A stretch of 63,544 bases of DNA, filler included, from Caldilineae bacterium (lineage in GTDB: Bacteria > Chloroflexota > Anaerolineae > DTLA01): assembly GCA_037446815.1 (NCBI GenBank). It is 3 parts of 3 records of this genome, joined end to end, with 100 filler letters (N's around TTAATTAATTAA, not from the genome) between each part and the next. Parts side by side here need not be neighbours in the genome. Positions count along the whole stretch, not along the records: positions 1 to 24,794 come from JBBIHX010000031.1; 2 more parts are not named here. One strand, written 5' to 3'. The notes beneath the pieces were generated by a model. That model saw nothing but the letters and a program-made list of their open reading frames with translations, was not told where the DNA came from and did not search any database. Position numbers and translations under genes: made by a program. Every line of letters starts with the position of its first letter. The stretch's first letter is position 1. Shown here one piece after another: positions 9,102 through 17,778 of this stretch.

Positions 9102-9497
9102 ATGAAACTGAATAAGAAACAACTCACCATTGCGCTGCTGCTGGCGCTCATCCTGGTCATGACACTGTCCGTCATGCCAGCATCAGCCGGCGGCAAGACC
9201 ATCGTCGTCCAGAAGTTCATACGGGCCAACACCGGGGGAGTTCTGCGAGCAGCGGGGATCACCCTCGTCATACCTGCCAATGCACTCCCTCACAACGCGC
9301 TGGTTACCATGAAGATCAACCGCGACCAGCGTGAGGTGGAGTTCTCTCCCGACATGACATTCGCGCGGCCCGTGTATGTGAATTTCGGATTCCAGGTGAA
9401 CGGCCTCAACTACTGGGACGGGAGCCGCTGGGTTCCCGTCCAGATGGTGGGCCGAACGGCGATCCTGAACCACTTCTCTCGTTACGCGTGGTGGTAA
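9102..9497 (+). CDS. Small secreted ZU5-like protein with C-terminal HFS motif
   Basis: Sec signal ending ASA and GGAGGT RBS. GG...LVIPANAL...F.RPV...WDGSRW...LNHFSRY resembles ZU5/bacterial HFS domains. Confidence 0.7.
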   Translation: MKLNKKQLTIALLLALILVMTLSVMPASAGGKTIVVQKFIRANTGGVLRAAGITLVIPANALPHNALVTMKINRDQREVEFSPDMTFARPVYVNFGFQVNGLNYWDGSRWVPVQMVGRTAILNHFSRYAWW

Positions 9498-9553
9498 AGA
9501 CCCGGACTGCCGACAGAAGCCGTCAACAACACCCTGAAAGGACTGGCCATGCC

Positions 9554-9590
9554 GAAGCCCCCGACCCGTGACTCGGGGGCTTCTTATTCT
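9554..9590 (+). terminator. Probable intrinsic terminator
   Basis: GAAGCCCCCGA-loop-TCGGGGGCTTC hairpin followed by TTATTCT, between convergent genes. Confidence 0.7.
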
Positions 9591-9602
9591 GCGCGCCGCT
9601 AC

Positions 9603-10775
9603 TCATCGGCGGGAGGCCAGAAACTCCAGCGCCGTCGCCGCCAGCATGGCCGCTGCGATGGGCAAGGCCCGCTCATCCAGGTCAAAGCGCGAACTGTGAG
9701 CCTGCCGCTGCGGCCCTTCCTCCGGCGCGGCCCCCACCAGAAAGTACACGCCTGGAACGTGCTGAGTATACAGGCTGAAATCTTCCGACACCGGGCTGGG
9801 CACTTCGGGCCTAACCCGCAGGCCCATCCCCGCCGCGACCCGCTCCACCAGCGCCGCCAGCGCCGCATCGTTCACCGTAGTCGGGTGCCCCTGCGAGATT
9901 TCCAGGACATAATCGCCCTTTTGCGCCCGCACGAGTTCGCAAGCCTCCCTCAGGCTCTCGGCAATCTGCCGGCGCACCAGCGGGCTGAAACTGCGGATCG
10001 TGCCTGTGAGTTCCACACGGTCGGCGATCACATTGGCCTTGCGTCCGCCGGCAATCGTGCCCACCGTGATGACCCCCGCCTCCATCGGGTCAATTCGCCG
10101 CGCCACGATGCTTTGAATCGCGTTCACCACCTGCGCCGCCAGCACGATCGCGTCAATCCCCTTGTGCGGATACGCGCCATGCGCCGCGGACCCCAGGATG
10201 GTCAGTTGGAAGGCGTCGGTCGCGGCCAGTATCGGCCCGCCGGACACCAGCACCGTCCCCACCGGCTCGTCCACGACCACATGGCTGGCCGCTATGGCAT
10301 CCACCCCGTGCAAGACGCCCGCCTCCACCATTCGGTCGGCTCCGCTCCGCCCCTCCTCGTCCACAGTCTCCTCGGCGGGCTGGAAAATCAGGCGGACGCT
10401 ACCCTGGAACTCCGCCTGACGGAGCAGCATGGCAGCGCCCAACAAAGCGGCGACATGGGCATCGTGCCCGCACGCATGCATGACACCCGGCACCCGCGAC
10501 GCATACGGGAGGCCCGTCCGCTCATGGATGGGGAGCGCGTCCATGTCGGCCCGCAGGGCTATCGTCGGAGCCCCGCTCCCAAGGGATGCCACGATGCCCG
10601 TCCGGCCCACCCCGGCGCGGAAATCCACCCCCAGCGACGAGAGCGTCCCGGCGATCACCTCTGCCGTCCGAAACTCCTGGAATCCCAGTTCCGGCCACTG
10701 ATGCAGCGTTCGCCGAAGGTCCCGCAGCCGATTCTCCAACTGCCTAGCCTGCTGCAACAACGTTATGTCAACCAC
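9603..10775 (-). CDS. M20D amidohydrolase (hippurate/IAA-amino acid hydrolase family)
   Basis: LHQWPELGFQE, RADMDAL, MHACGHDAH, FQPAEE and SEDFS motifs. GTG start chosen from the RBS. Confidence 0.9.
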   Translation of the reverse strand: MVDITLLQQARQLENRLRDLRRTLHQWPELGFQEFRTAEVIAGTLSSLGVDFRAGVGRTGIVASLGSGAPTIALRADMDALPIHERTGLPYASRVPGVMHACGHDAHVAALLGAAMLLRQAEFQGSVRLIFQPAEETVDEEGRSGADRMVEAGVLHGVDAIAASHVVVDEPVGTVLVSGGPILAATDAFQLTILGSAAHGAYPHKGIDAIVLAAQVVNAIQSIVARRIDPMEAGVITVGTIAGGRKANVIADRVELTGTIRSFSPLVRRQIAESLREACELVRAQKGDYVLEISQGHPTTVNDAALAALVERVAAGMGLRVRPEVPSPVSEDFSLYTQHVPGVYFLVGAAPEEGPQRQAHSSRFDLDERALPIAAAMLAATALEFLASRR

Positions 10776-10786
10776 CTGCGCGAACC

Positions 10787-11698
10787 TCACTCTATGCGCA
10801 ATCGGGGATCCAGGGCGTCCCGCAGACCGTCGCCGAACACGTTGACCCCCAGCACTGCGAGCATGATGGTAACGCCGGGGACCGTCGTAACCCAGGGCGC
10901 GACCCGAAGGTACGCCCGCCCCTCGTTCAGCATCAATCCCCACTCGGGCGTCGGGGGCTGAGCGCCCAGGCCCAGGAAACTCAGCGACGACGCGCTAAGC
11001 AGCGCGTGGGCGATGTCCAGGGTCGCCAGGACGATGATGGGCGCCATGACATTGGGCAGGACGTGGCGCAGGAGAATGCGCCGGTTCCCGCACCCGACCA
11101 CCCTCGCCGCCTCCACATATGGTTGCTCGCGCGCGCTCAGGACCACGCCCCGGACAATGCGCGCGTAGCCCGAGATCCCCGCGATGCCCACTGCCACCAT
11201 CACGTTCCCGAGGCCAACCCCCAACAAGGCCACCACCGTGAGCGCCAGGAGAATGCGCGGAAAGGCCAGGAGCACATCCACCAGCCGCATCAGGCACGAG
11301 TCCACAAAGCCACCGTAGAACCCGGCCACCAGCCCCAGCGCCACGCCCAGCGTCGCGGAAATGCCCATCGCCACCAGCGCTGTAACCAGCGTGGCGCGCC
11401 CGCCGTACAGAAGCCGCGAGAAGATGTCCCGGCCCAACAGGTCCGTCCCGAGCCAATGGTTCGCGCTGGGTGGCTGGAGTTGATTCGGGAGGTCTATCGC
11501 AAGCGGGTCATACGGCGCGACCCACGGAGCCACCGCGGCCAGCAGCGCCAAGACCAGCACAAGCGCCAGGCCTGCCAGCGCCACCGCGCTGCGTCCGAGG
11601 CGAGCGGCCGCCACCGCCCAGGGCGAACGTGGCCCGCGCGGCGTCGCGAGTGGTCGCACAGCGATGGCATTTCCGGCGCGGGTCATGGCACGCGTCAT
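10787..11698 (-). CDS. Peptide/nickel ABC permease (DppC/OppC-like)
   Basis: HWLGTDLLGRD, YVEAA...G EAA loop and LSFLGLGAQPPTPEWG. Confidence 0.9.
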   Translation of the reverse strand: MTRAMTRAGNAIAVRPLATPRGPRSPWAVAAARLGRSAVALAGLALVLVLALLAAVAPWVAPYDPLAIDLPNQLQPPSANHWLGTDLLGRDIFSRLLYGGRATLVTALVAMGISATLGVALGLVAGFYGGFVDSCLMRLVDVLLAFPRILLALTVVALLGVGLGNVMVAVGIAGISGYARIVRGVVLSAREQPYVEAARVVGCGNRRILLRHVLPNVMAPIIVLATLDIAHALLSASSLSFLGLGAQPPTPEWGLMLNEGRAYLRVAPWVTTVPGVTIMLAVLGVNVFGDGLRDALDPRLRIE

Positions 11699-11707
11699 CT
11701 CCCCGCC

Positions 11708-12634
11708 CTAGGCGTCATAGCGAATGCGCGGATCAACAAAGGCATACAAGACATCCACCGCCAAGTTCACCAGAATGTACATTCCTGCAATCAAGATGAC
11801 CCCACCCTGAACCAGCGGAAAATCCTTCCAGACGATGGCATCCACCATCGTGCGCCCAAGCCCCTGCCGCGAGAACACGGTCTCGGTAATCACCGCGCCG
11901 CCCAGCAGCCCGCCGAATTGCAGCCCCAGCAGCGTTACGACCGGAATCAGCGCGTTCTTGAGAGCATGTCGCAGCACAACAATCCGCCAGAAAAGCCCCT
12001 TGGCGACCGCCGCGGTAATGTACTCCTGGCCCAAGACCTCCAACATACTGGAGCGCACGAGGCGAGCGATGGACCCGGCAGCCCCATATCCGAGCACGGC
12101 GGCGGGCAGAATCAGGTGCCGCAGGTCCCCTTGCCCAGTCGCCGGTAGCCAGTGCAACTGCGCCGCAAACAGGTAGATGCCCAAAAGCGACGACCAGAAG
12201 ACCGGCATGGAGATTCCCACCGATGAGACGATCATCACGGCGCGATCTATCCAGGAGCCGCGCTTCAGCGCCGCCAGCAGTCCCAACGCGATGCCGCCCA
12301 CGATGGCGACTGCCATCGCCGCAACGGCCAGCTCCAGCGTGGCGGGCAATTGCTCCAAAAGCACCTGCGACACCGGCTTCCGCAGCCAGATGGACTCGCC
12401 CAAATCGCCGCGGGCCAGGTTACGGAGAAAGCGGAGATATTGCACGTGCAGGGGCAAATCCAGGCCCAATTGATGGCGCAGCCGTTCTATCATCTCCGCC
12501 TGGCCGCCGGACTGGGCCAGCATCACCTCGGCCGGGTCGCCAGGCAAGAGGTGCATGATGGCGAACACAAGGGTGGCCACCCCCAGTATGACCGGGATGG
12601 CAATGAGCAGGCGGCGCTGCACGTAGCGAAGCAC
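11708..12634 (-). CDS. Peptide/nickel ABC permease (DppB/OppB-like)
   Basis: LPGDPA, GDLGES, RHALKNA, ETVF...GLG and DPRIR. GTG start follows GGGGAG. Confidence 0.9.
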   Translation of the reverse strand: MLRYVQRRLLIAIPVILGVATLVFAIMHLLPGDPAEVMLAQSGGQAEMIERLRHQLGLDLPLHVQYLRFLRNLARGDLGESIWLRKPVSQVLLEQLPATLELAVAAMAVAIVGGIALGLLAALKRGSWIDRAVMIVSSVGISMPVFWSSLLGIYLFAAQLHWLPATGQGDLRHLILPAAVLGYGAAGSIARLVRSSMLEVLGQEYITAAVAKGLFWRIVVLRHALKNALIPVVTLLGLQFGGLLGGAVITETVFSRQGLGRTMVDAIVWKDFPLVQGGVILIAGMYILVNLAVDVLYAFVDPRIRYDA

Positions 12635-12711
12635 GATCTCCCCCAGATTCCCGGCCCTCGCGAGAGGCTCACACGACCGCCTTCGCGAGGGCCGGAACAA
12701 TCCGCCGATTC

Positions 12712-14385
12712 CTATGGCTCTATGTACACGTCATACAGCCACGGGAACCAACCCTGAAACGAATACCGCAAGCCCTTCACCCGCACGCTGGTCACGTTCA
12801 AATTCACGTAGTCGCGGATGGGGATGATGAGGGCCTCGTCCATCACCATCTTCTGAATCTTCTCGTATAGGTCAGCGCGCGTGGCAGGGTCGTTGGTGCG
12901 CGCCGCTTCGTCCAGCCACCGGTCCATGTCCGGGTTGCTGAACTTGGACCAGTTGAGACCTGCTGCGATGTTGCTGGAGTGGAAGAAGGGGCGCAACACG
13001 TCTGGGTCGCTGCTGCTTACGGCCTGCGGGATGAGGTTGTGTTGCCCTTCGCGCGCCGCTTGCACGGCTGCCGGGAAGGTCAGCACCTGCGGCTTGGCGT
13101 TGATGCCGATTTCGCGGAACAACGCCTGCATCATCTGGCCGATTTCCGGCACGTTGCCCCAACTCATGAGGAGCAACTCCACATCGGCAGGGCGACCATC
13201 CTTCTCCACAATGCCATCGCCGTCGGTGTCGCGGAAGCCCGCCTCGGCCAGCAGAGCCCTGGCCTTGTTGGGGTCGTAGGCGTACATCCCCTCAACAACC
13301 TTGGAGTAGAAGGGCGTCGCGGCGCTCAGCGGCCCCCACGCCACCGGCGAATACCCGCGGAACACCGCATTGACGATGGCCGCGCGATCCACCGCGTACA
13401 CCATCGCCTGACGCACTCGCAGGTCATCCGTCGGGAACTTCTGCGTGTTCAAGAAGAACTGAAGCGACTGGCCGGGCACCTTCGTGGGCAACAGCGTGAA
13501 CTTGCCGCTGGCCTGAAGCCGCGCCGCATCCTGGGGCGGCACCTCGCCCATCACGTCGGCTTCGCCGGCCTCCAGGGCGGGCGCCCGCGTCGCCGCGTCG
13601 GGGTAGAAGCGGAACGTGATCTCATCCAGGTAGGCAGGGCCTTGGTGTTCCATGAACTCCGGCGCCCAGTTGTAATCCGGATTCTTCACCAGGGTGATGT
13701 GATCCTTCGCCACGTACTCCGCCATCATGAACGGCCCCGTGCCCACCTGGTGCTCGCGATATTCGGCTCCCCATTTCTGCACCGCCGTGGGCGACACCAT
13801 CGCGATGTACACCTGGCTCACCGAATCCAGGAACGGCGCATACGGCTCCTTCAGGTGCACCTTCACCGTGTACTCGTCCACGACCTCGGTGTAGTCGTAG
13901 GACCCCAGCATATTGATGGCTTTCTGGGACTTGAGGTCGGGATTCACGATGCGATCCAGGCTGAATTTGACGGCCTCCGCATTGAACGGCGTGCCGTCGT
14001 GGAACTTCACGCCTTTGCGCAGGTAGAACGTGTACACCTTCCCGTCGGGCGACACCTCCCACCGTTCGGCCAGACCGGGCACAAACTTCCCCTCCGGCGT
14101 CTGCCACACCAAGGGGTCGTACACGCTGGTCAAGAAGATGCCCAGTTCCGACGACAGGCCCTGGTGGGGGTCAATGGCCGACACCACGAGGGTCAGGCCG
14201 TAGGTCATCTTGCCGCCTTTGGGGGCGGGAGTCGCGGTAGCCGTGGCTTGTGCCGTCGGCGGCGCCGGGGCGGTCTCCCCAACCGTCGTCTTCTCGGGCG
14301 TTGGCCTCGGCCCGCACGCCGCCAGCAATCCCACCAGCGCCAAGACAAGCAGGAGATGCATCCTCCCTATCGGCACTTTGCTCAT
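12712..14385 (-). CDS. Family 5 ABC substrate-binding lipoprotein
   Basis: Lipobox LAAC, LAERWEVS, GVKFHDG, GTGPF and VRQA motifs. Confidence 0.9.
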   Translation of the reverse strand: MSKVPIGRMHLLLVLALVGLLAACGPRPTPEKTTVGETAPAPPTAQATATATPAPKGGKMTYGLTLVVSAIDPHQGLSSELGIFLTSVYDPLVWQTPEGKFVPGLAERWEVSPDGKVYTFYLRKGVKFHDGTPFNAEAVKFSLDRIVNPDLKSQKAINMLGSYDYTEVVDEYTVKVHLKEPYAPFLDSVSQVYIAMVSPTAVQKWGAEYREHQVGTGPFMMAEYVAKDHITLVKNPDYNWAPEFMEHQGPAYLDEITFRFYPDAATRAPALEAGEADVMGEVPPQDAARLQASGKFTLLPTKVPGQSLQFFLNTQKFPTDDLRVRQAMVYAVDRAAIVNAVFRGYSPVAWGPLSAATPFYSKVVEGMYAYDPNKARALLAEAGFRDTDGDGIVEKDGRPADVELLLMSWGNVPEIGQMMQALFREIGINAKPQVLTFPAAVQAAREGQHNLIPQAVSSSDPDVLRPFFHSSNIAAGLNWSKFSNPDMDRWLDEAARTNDPATRADLYEKIQKMVMDEALIIPIRDYVNLNVTSVRVKGLRYSFQGWFPWLYDVYIEP

Positions 14386-14639
14386 CTCTCTCCTCTCCAT
14401 TGCACGAAGTGGTATGGGCAAATTGAGTGGCATGGCAAACTCGGTCCCACAGTTGTTCTTGTCCGTCATCGCGAGGCCCGCAGCGACCCCGCGCCTACGC
14501 TCCAGAGGTCGCCCAGCCTCCATGGATACCGAACCCTCACCTCGACTGCTACCACCTCCTTTCACGCGCCCCCAAGGCTCAGGGCCGCCATGGATTCGCG
14601 GAATGCCCGCCAAGTATATCACGCGGCCATTCGCCGTCA

Positions 14640-14800
14640 AAACTCGCTGCCCAACCGCGTGGAGCAATTGCTCTGCGTCGCCCCATCTGTGCAATCCGTG
14701 TTATCCGTGGACACAATCCTGCGAGATGCTTCGCCTTCGGCTCGGCATGACAGATGGTGGGGCCAACGTGCGACGCACCTCGGAGGTGCGTCGCACGTAA
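14640..14800. repeat. Composite REP cluster incl. 33-bp palindrome family A (14766-14798)
   Basis: ACGTGCGACGCACCTCGGAGGTGCGTCGCACGT, preceded by ATCCGTGTTATCCGTGG and a GAGATGCTTCG...GCATGAC arm. Confidence 0.8.
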
Positions 14801-14812
14801 CCCCATGGCCCG

Positions 14813-14841
14813 TTGACTCCTCCGGCCAGCAGTGCTAACAT
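14813..14841 (+). promoter_or_regulatory. sigma70-like promoter of fmt
   Basis: TTGACT-17 nt-TAACAT with an extended TG. Confidence 0.55.
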
Positions 14842-14935
14842 AGCGCAGGCGACTCGCTTCAGCCGCGCGCCGAGCGGGGAGCCAACGCTGTGCCATGATC
14901 AACACCTAGGGAAACACCTTGAACGGGAGCAGCGC

Positions 14936-15880
14936 ATGACCGTACACCGCATCGTCTTCATGGGTTCCGACGATTTCGGCATCCCTGCCCTGCAGGCGTT
15001 GCACCGGCAACCCTGGGCCGAACTGGCCGCCCTCATCACCCAGCCCGGCAAGCCTGCCGGTCGCGGGCAGAAGTTGAAAGCGCCGCCCATCAAAGAGGCG
15101 GCCCTTGCCCTGGGTATCCCCGTCCTCCAGCCGACAACCCTGCGCTCCGCGGAGAGCGTGGAGGCGATACGGGCGCTCCAACCCGACGTCATCCTGGTGG
15201 CGGCGTACGGGCAATGGATACCTCCCGAAGTCTTCGCCTTCCCGCCGTTCCGCAGTCTGAATATCCACCCGTCGCTTCTGCCGCGCCATCGCGGCGCCGC
15301 GCCCGCCATGAGCGCCATCCTTGCGGGCGAGACCGAGACCGGCGTTACCATCATCCTCGTCGCCGAGGAAATGGACGCGGGCGACATCGTCAGCCAGGTA
15401 TCCACGCCTATCCTGCCCGACGATACGACCGGTACCCTGATGTACAGGCTTGCCCACCTGGGGGCGAGCCTCATCGTGGAGACCCTGCCCAAGTGGCTTT
15501 CCGGCGAGATTCAGCCCACGCCCCAAGACCACACCCGCGCCACCTGGTTCAAGCGCGTGGAAAAAGAGGCCGGGCTGATTGACTGGACGGAGCCGGCCGA
15601 CACAATCTGGCGCAAGGTCCGCGCATTCAACCCCTGGCCCTCGGCGTACACGTTCCTCGCCGGCAAGCGCCTTATCGTCCACCGCGCCACGCCCCTTGCG
15701 ACCGACCCCGCAGGCCCCGCCGTGCCCGGGGAAGTTCTTCTACACCGAGAGGGCCCCGCCGTGGGTACAGGCACAGTACCCCTGCTCCTGCTAGAAGTCC
15801 AGTTGGAAGGCAAGCGCCGCATGAGCGGAAAGGAGTTCCTGGCGGGGCAGCGAAGGCTTGTCGGCGTGCGCCTGGGATAA
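14936..15880 (+). CDS. fmt: Methionyl-tRNA formyltransferase
   Basis: RIVFMG, AAYGQ, NIHPSLLPRHRGAAP, MDAGD and RAFNPWP. Confidence 0.95.
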   Translation: MTVHRIVFMGSDDFGIPALQALHRQPWAELAALITQPGKPAGRGQKLKAPPIKEAALALGIPVLQPTTLRSAESVEAIRALQPDVILVAAYGQWIPPEVFAFPPFRSLNIHPSLLPRHRGAAPAMSAILAGETETGVTIILVAEEMDAGDIVSQVSTPILPDDTTGTLMYRLAHLGASLIVETLPKWLSGEIQPTPQDHTRATWFKRVEKEAGLIDWTEPADTIWRKVRAFNPWPSAYTFLAGKRLIVHRATPLATDPAGPAVPGEVLLHREGPAVGTGTVPLLLLEVQLEGKRRMSGKEFLAGQRRLVGVRLG

Positions 15881-15893
15881 CAGCAGCACGGGT

Positions 15894-15931
15894 AAATGAA
15901 AACCGGGCAGAAGACTCCTCCCCTGCCCGGT
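15894..15931 (-). terminator. Hairpin terminator between convergent fmt and gap
   Basis: ACCGGGCAG...CTGCCCGGT stem with a T-rich tail on the minus strand. Confidence 0.55.
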
Positions 15932-15951
15932 CAACCCTTGTTCCGTTATGT

Positions 15952-16950
15952 CTACTTTGCGAGAAGGGCCGCCATCTCCGCCAGGCGCGTGGCGTACCCC
16001 ATCTCGTTGTCGTACCACGCGGCAACCGAGGCGAGCGTCCCGTCCATGACTTGGATCAGCGGAAGATCTATGATGGAGGAGTGAGTGTCGGCCACGATGC
16101 GCGAGGATGCCCATTCTTCCTCCAGCACGCTCATGACACCCTGGAGCGGCGGCTTGGACGCGGCTGCGCGGAACGCGTCCCGAATCTCATCGGCGGTCGC
16201 CGCGCGGCCCAGGACGGCGTTGATCTCCGCGATGCTCCCCGTGCGCACGGGAACCCGGTACGCCTTGCCCGTCATCTTCAGGTCGGGCCAGATGAAGTTG
16301 AGGGCCTTCGCCGCTCCCGACGACGACGGAATGATGTTCTCCGCAGCCGCCCACGAGTCTCGGCGGTCCTTCATCGGCTGGTCAGTCAGCGACTGGGAGT
16401 TGGTGTAGGCGTGAACGGTGGAGAAGAACCCGCTCTTGATGCCGAAGTTCTCGCGCAGCACCTTCACCACGGGCGCGAGAGCGTTCGTGGTGCAACTGGC
16501 CATGCTGATGATGCGGTGCTTGTCGGGATCAAACTGCTCCGCGTTGATGCCCAGCAGCAGCACGGCGTCGCAATCTTGCAGCGACTTGCTCGGCGCGCTG
16601 ACCAACACGCGCTTGGCGCCACGGTCCAGATGCGCCTGGGCGCCCGCCCGCACCGTGGCGCGCCCCGTGCAATCCACCACCAGGTCCACGCCCAGCGCCC
16701 CCCAGTCCGGAAGGGCCTCCAAGGCGTTGTAGTAGGCGATCTTTCTGCCGCCGATGACGAAGGCGTTGTTCTCGGCCTGCACCGGCTCGTGCCAGCGGCC
16801 ATAGTTGGAATCCACGGCGAACAAGGCGGCCAGCGTCGGCACGTCCTTGATGTCGGAGATGGAAACCGGCACGAACAACCCGCCCTTGAGAGCCGCCTTC
16901 AGCGCAGAGCGGCCAATCCTGCCAAACCCATGAATCGCGATGTTACCCAT
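15952..16950 (-). CDS. gap: Type I glyceraldehyde-3-phosphate dehydrogenase
   Basis: GFGRIGR, ASCTTN, HAYT, SSGAAKA, RVP and WYDNE. Confidence 0.9.
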   Translation of the reverse strand: MGNIAIHGFGRIGRSALKAALKGGLFVPVSISDIKDVPTLAALFAVDSNYGRWHEPVQAENNAFVIGGRKIAYYNALEALPDWGALGVDLVVDCTGRATVRAGAQAHLDRGAKRVLVSAPSKSLQDCDAVLLLGINAEQFDPDKHRIISMASCTTNALAPVVKVLRENFGIKSGFFSTVHAYTNSQSLTDQPMKDRRDSWAAAENIIPSSSGAAKALNFIWPDLKMTGKAYRVPVRTGSIAEINAVLGRAATADEIRDAFRAAASKPPLQGVMSVLEEEWASSRIVADTHSSIIDLPLIQVMDGTLASVAAWYDNEMGYATRLAEMAALLAK

Positions 16951-17055
16951 GTGTACCTCCTATTGTGGATGGAATCTCTTCGCATTTGCCCGTGTGGAGG
17001 CAACATTGGCGCGCACCGCACACCGCCACGCCGCCCCGAGTCCGGGCTTTCGGTA

Positions 17056-17084
17056 ACTATACCGCACGCCGCGGCAGCCGTCAA
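17056..17084 (-). promoter_or_regulatory. sigma70-like promoter of gap
   Basis: TTGACG-17 nt-TATAGT on the minus strand. Confidence 0.6.
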
Positions 17085-17111
17085 ATGGCGGTCTTTGCAG
17101 CGCGCCCCGGT

Positions 17112-17692
17112 GTCGTCCTGAGGCGCGAACCGCCGAAGAACCTCGTGGAGCAAATTGGCAATTTGCTCCACTTTCCCCCACCCGTGCCATCCGCGCTATC
17201 CGTGGATCAACCCTGGAGATGCTTCGCCCTCGGCTCAGCATGACAACGGAAGGGGGGACCACGTGCGACGCACCTCGGAGGTGCGTCGCACGTTCCCCAT
17301 TGGCGTGGATTCGCGCCCATTCGCGGTTACCAAACTGTCATCTGACCCGCGAACCGCTGAAGAATCTCGTGGAGCAAATTGGCAATTTGCTCCACTTTCC
17401 CCCACCCGTGCCATCCGCGCNNNNNNNNNNNNNNNNNNNNNNNNNNNNNNNNNNNNNNNNNNNNNNNNNNNNNNNNNNNNNNNNNNNNNNNNNNNNNNNN
17501 NNNNNNNNNNNNNNNNNNNNTATCCGTGGATCAACCCTGGAGATGCTTCGCCCTCGGCTCAGCATGACGCAATGGGGCTGTCATTCTGAGGCGCGAAGCG
17601 CCGAAGAATCTCGCCATATCCGCCCCATCCGTGCCATCCGTGTTATCCGTGGACCAACCCTGGAGATGCTTCGCCTTCGCCTCAGCATGACA
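17112..17692. repeat. Tandem nested REP cluster spanning a 100-N gap
   Basis: Three units bounded by GTC(A/G)T(C/T)CTGA...GAAGAA(T/C)CTC and GAGATGCTTCG...CTCAGCATGAC arms. Family B palindromes at 17145 and 17369; family A at 17261-17293. Confidence 0.8.
17421..17520. other. Assembly gap (100 N)
   Basis: N run. Its flanks CCATCCGCGC / TATCCGTGG are contiguous in the neighbouring repeat copy. Confidence 0.95.
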
Positions 17693-17778
17693 ACGCTAGC
17701 GCAGCAAGCGCGTGGCCTCGGACTTGTGTTTTCGCCCGCCGTCGTGTAAACTACGTCCACGTCAACGAGGAGAGCGCT

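Noticed and set aside
14386..14694. Long N-terminal extensions in the ORF track (SBP, pcrA, peptidase T, GT4, PAS protein)
   Set aside because: The extensions run through REP/MITE DNA or upstream genes. Downstream starts with an RBS match the family N-termini.
17112..17692. CRISPR array
   Set aside because: The repeats are long palindromic modules with repeated rather than unique spacers, irregular periodicity and no cas genes.
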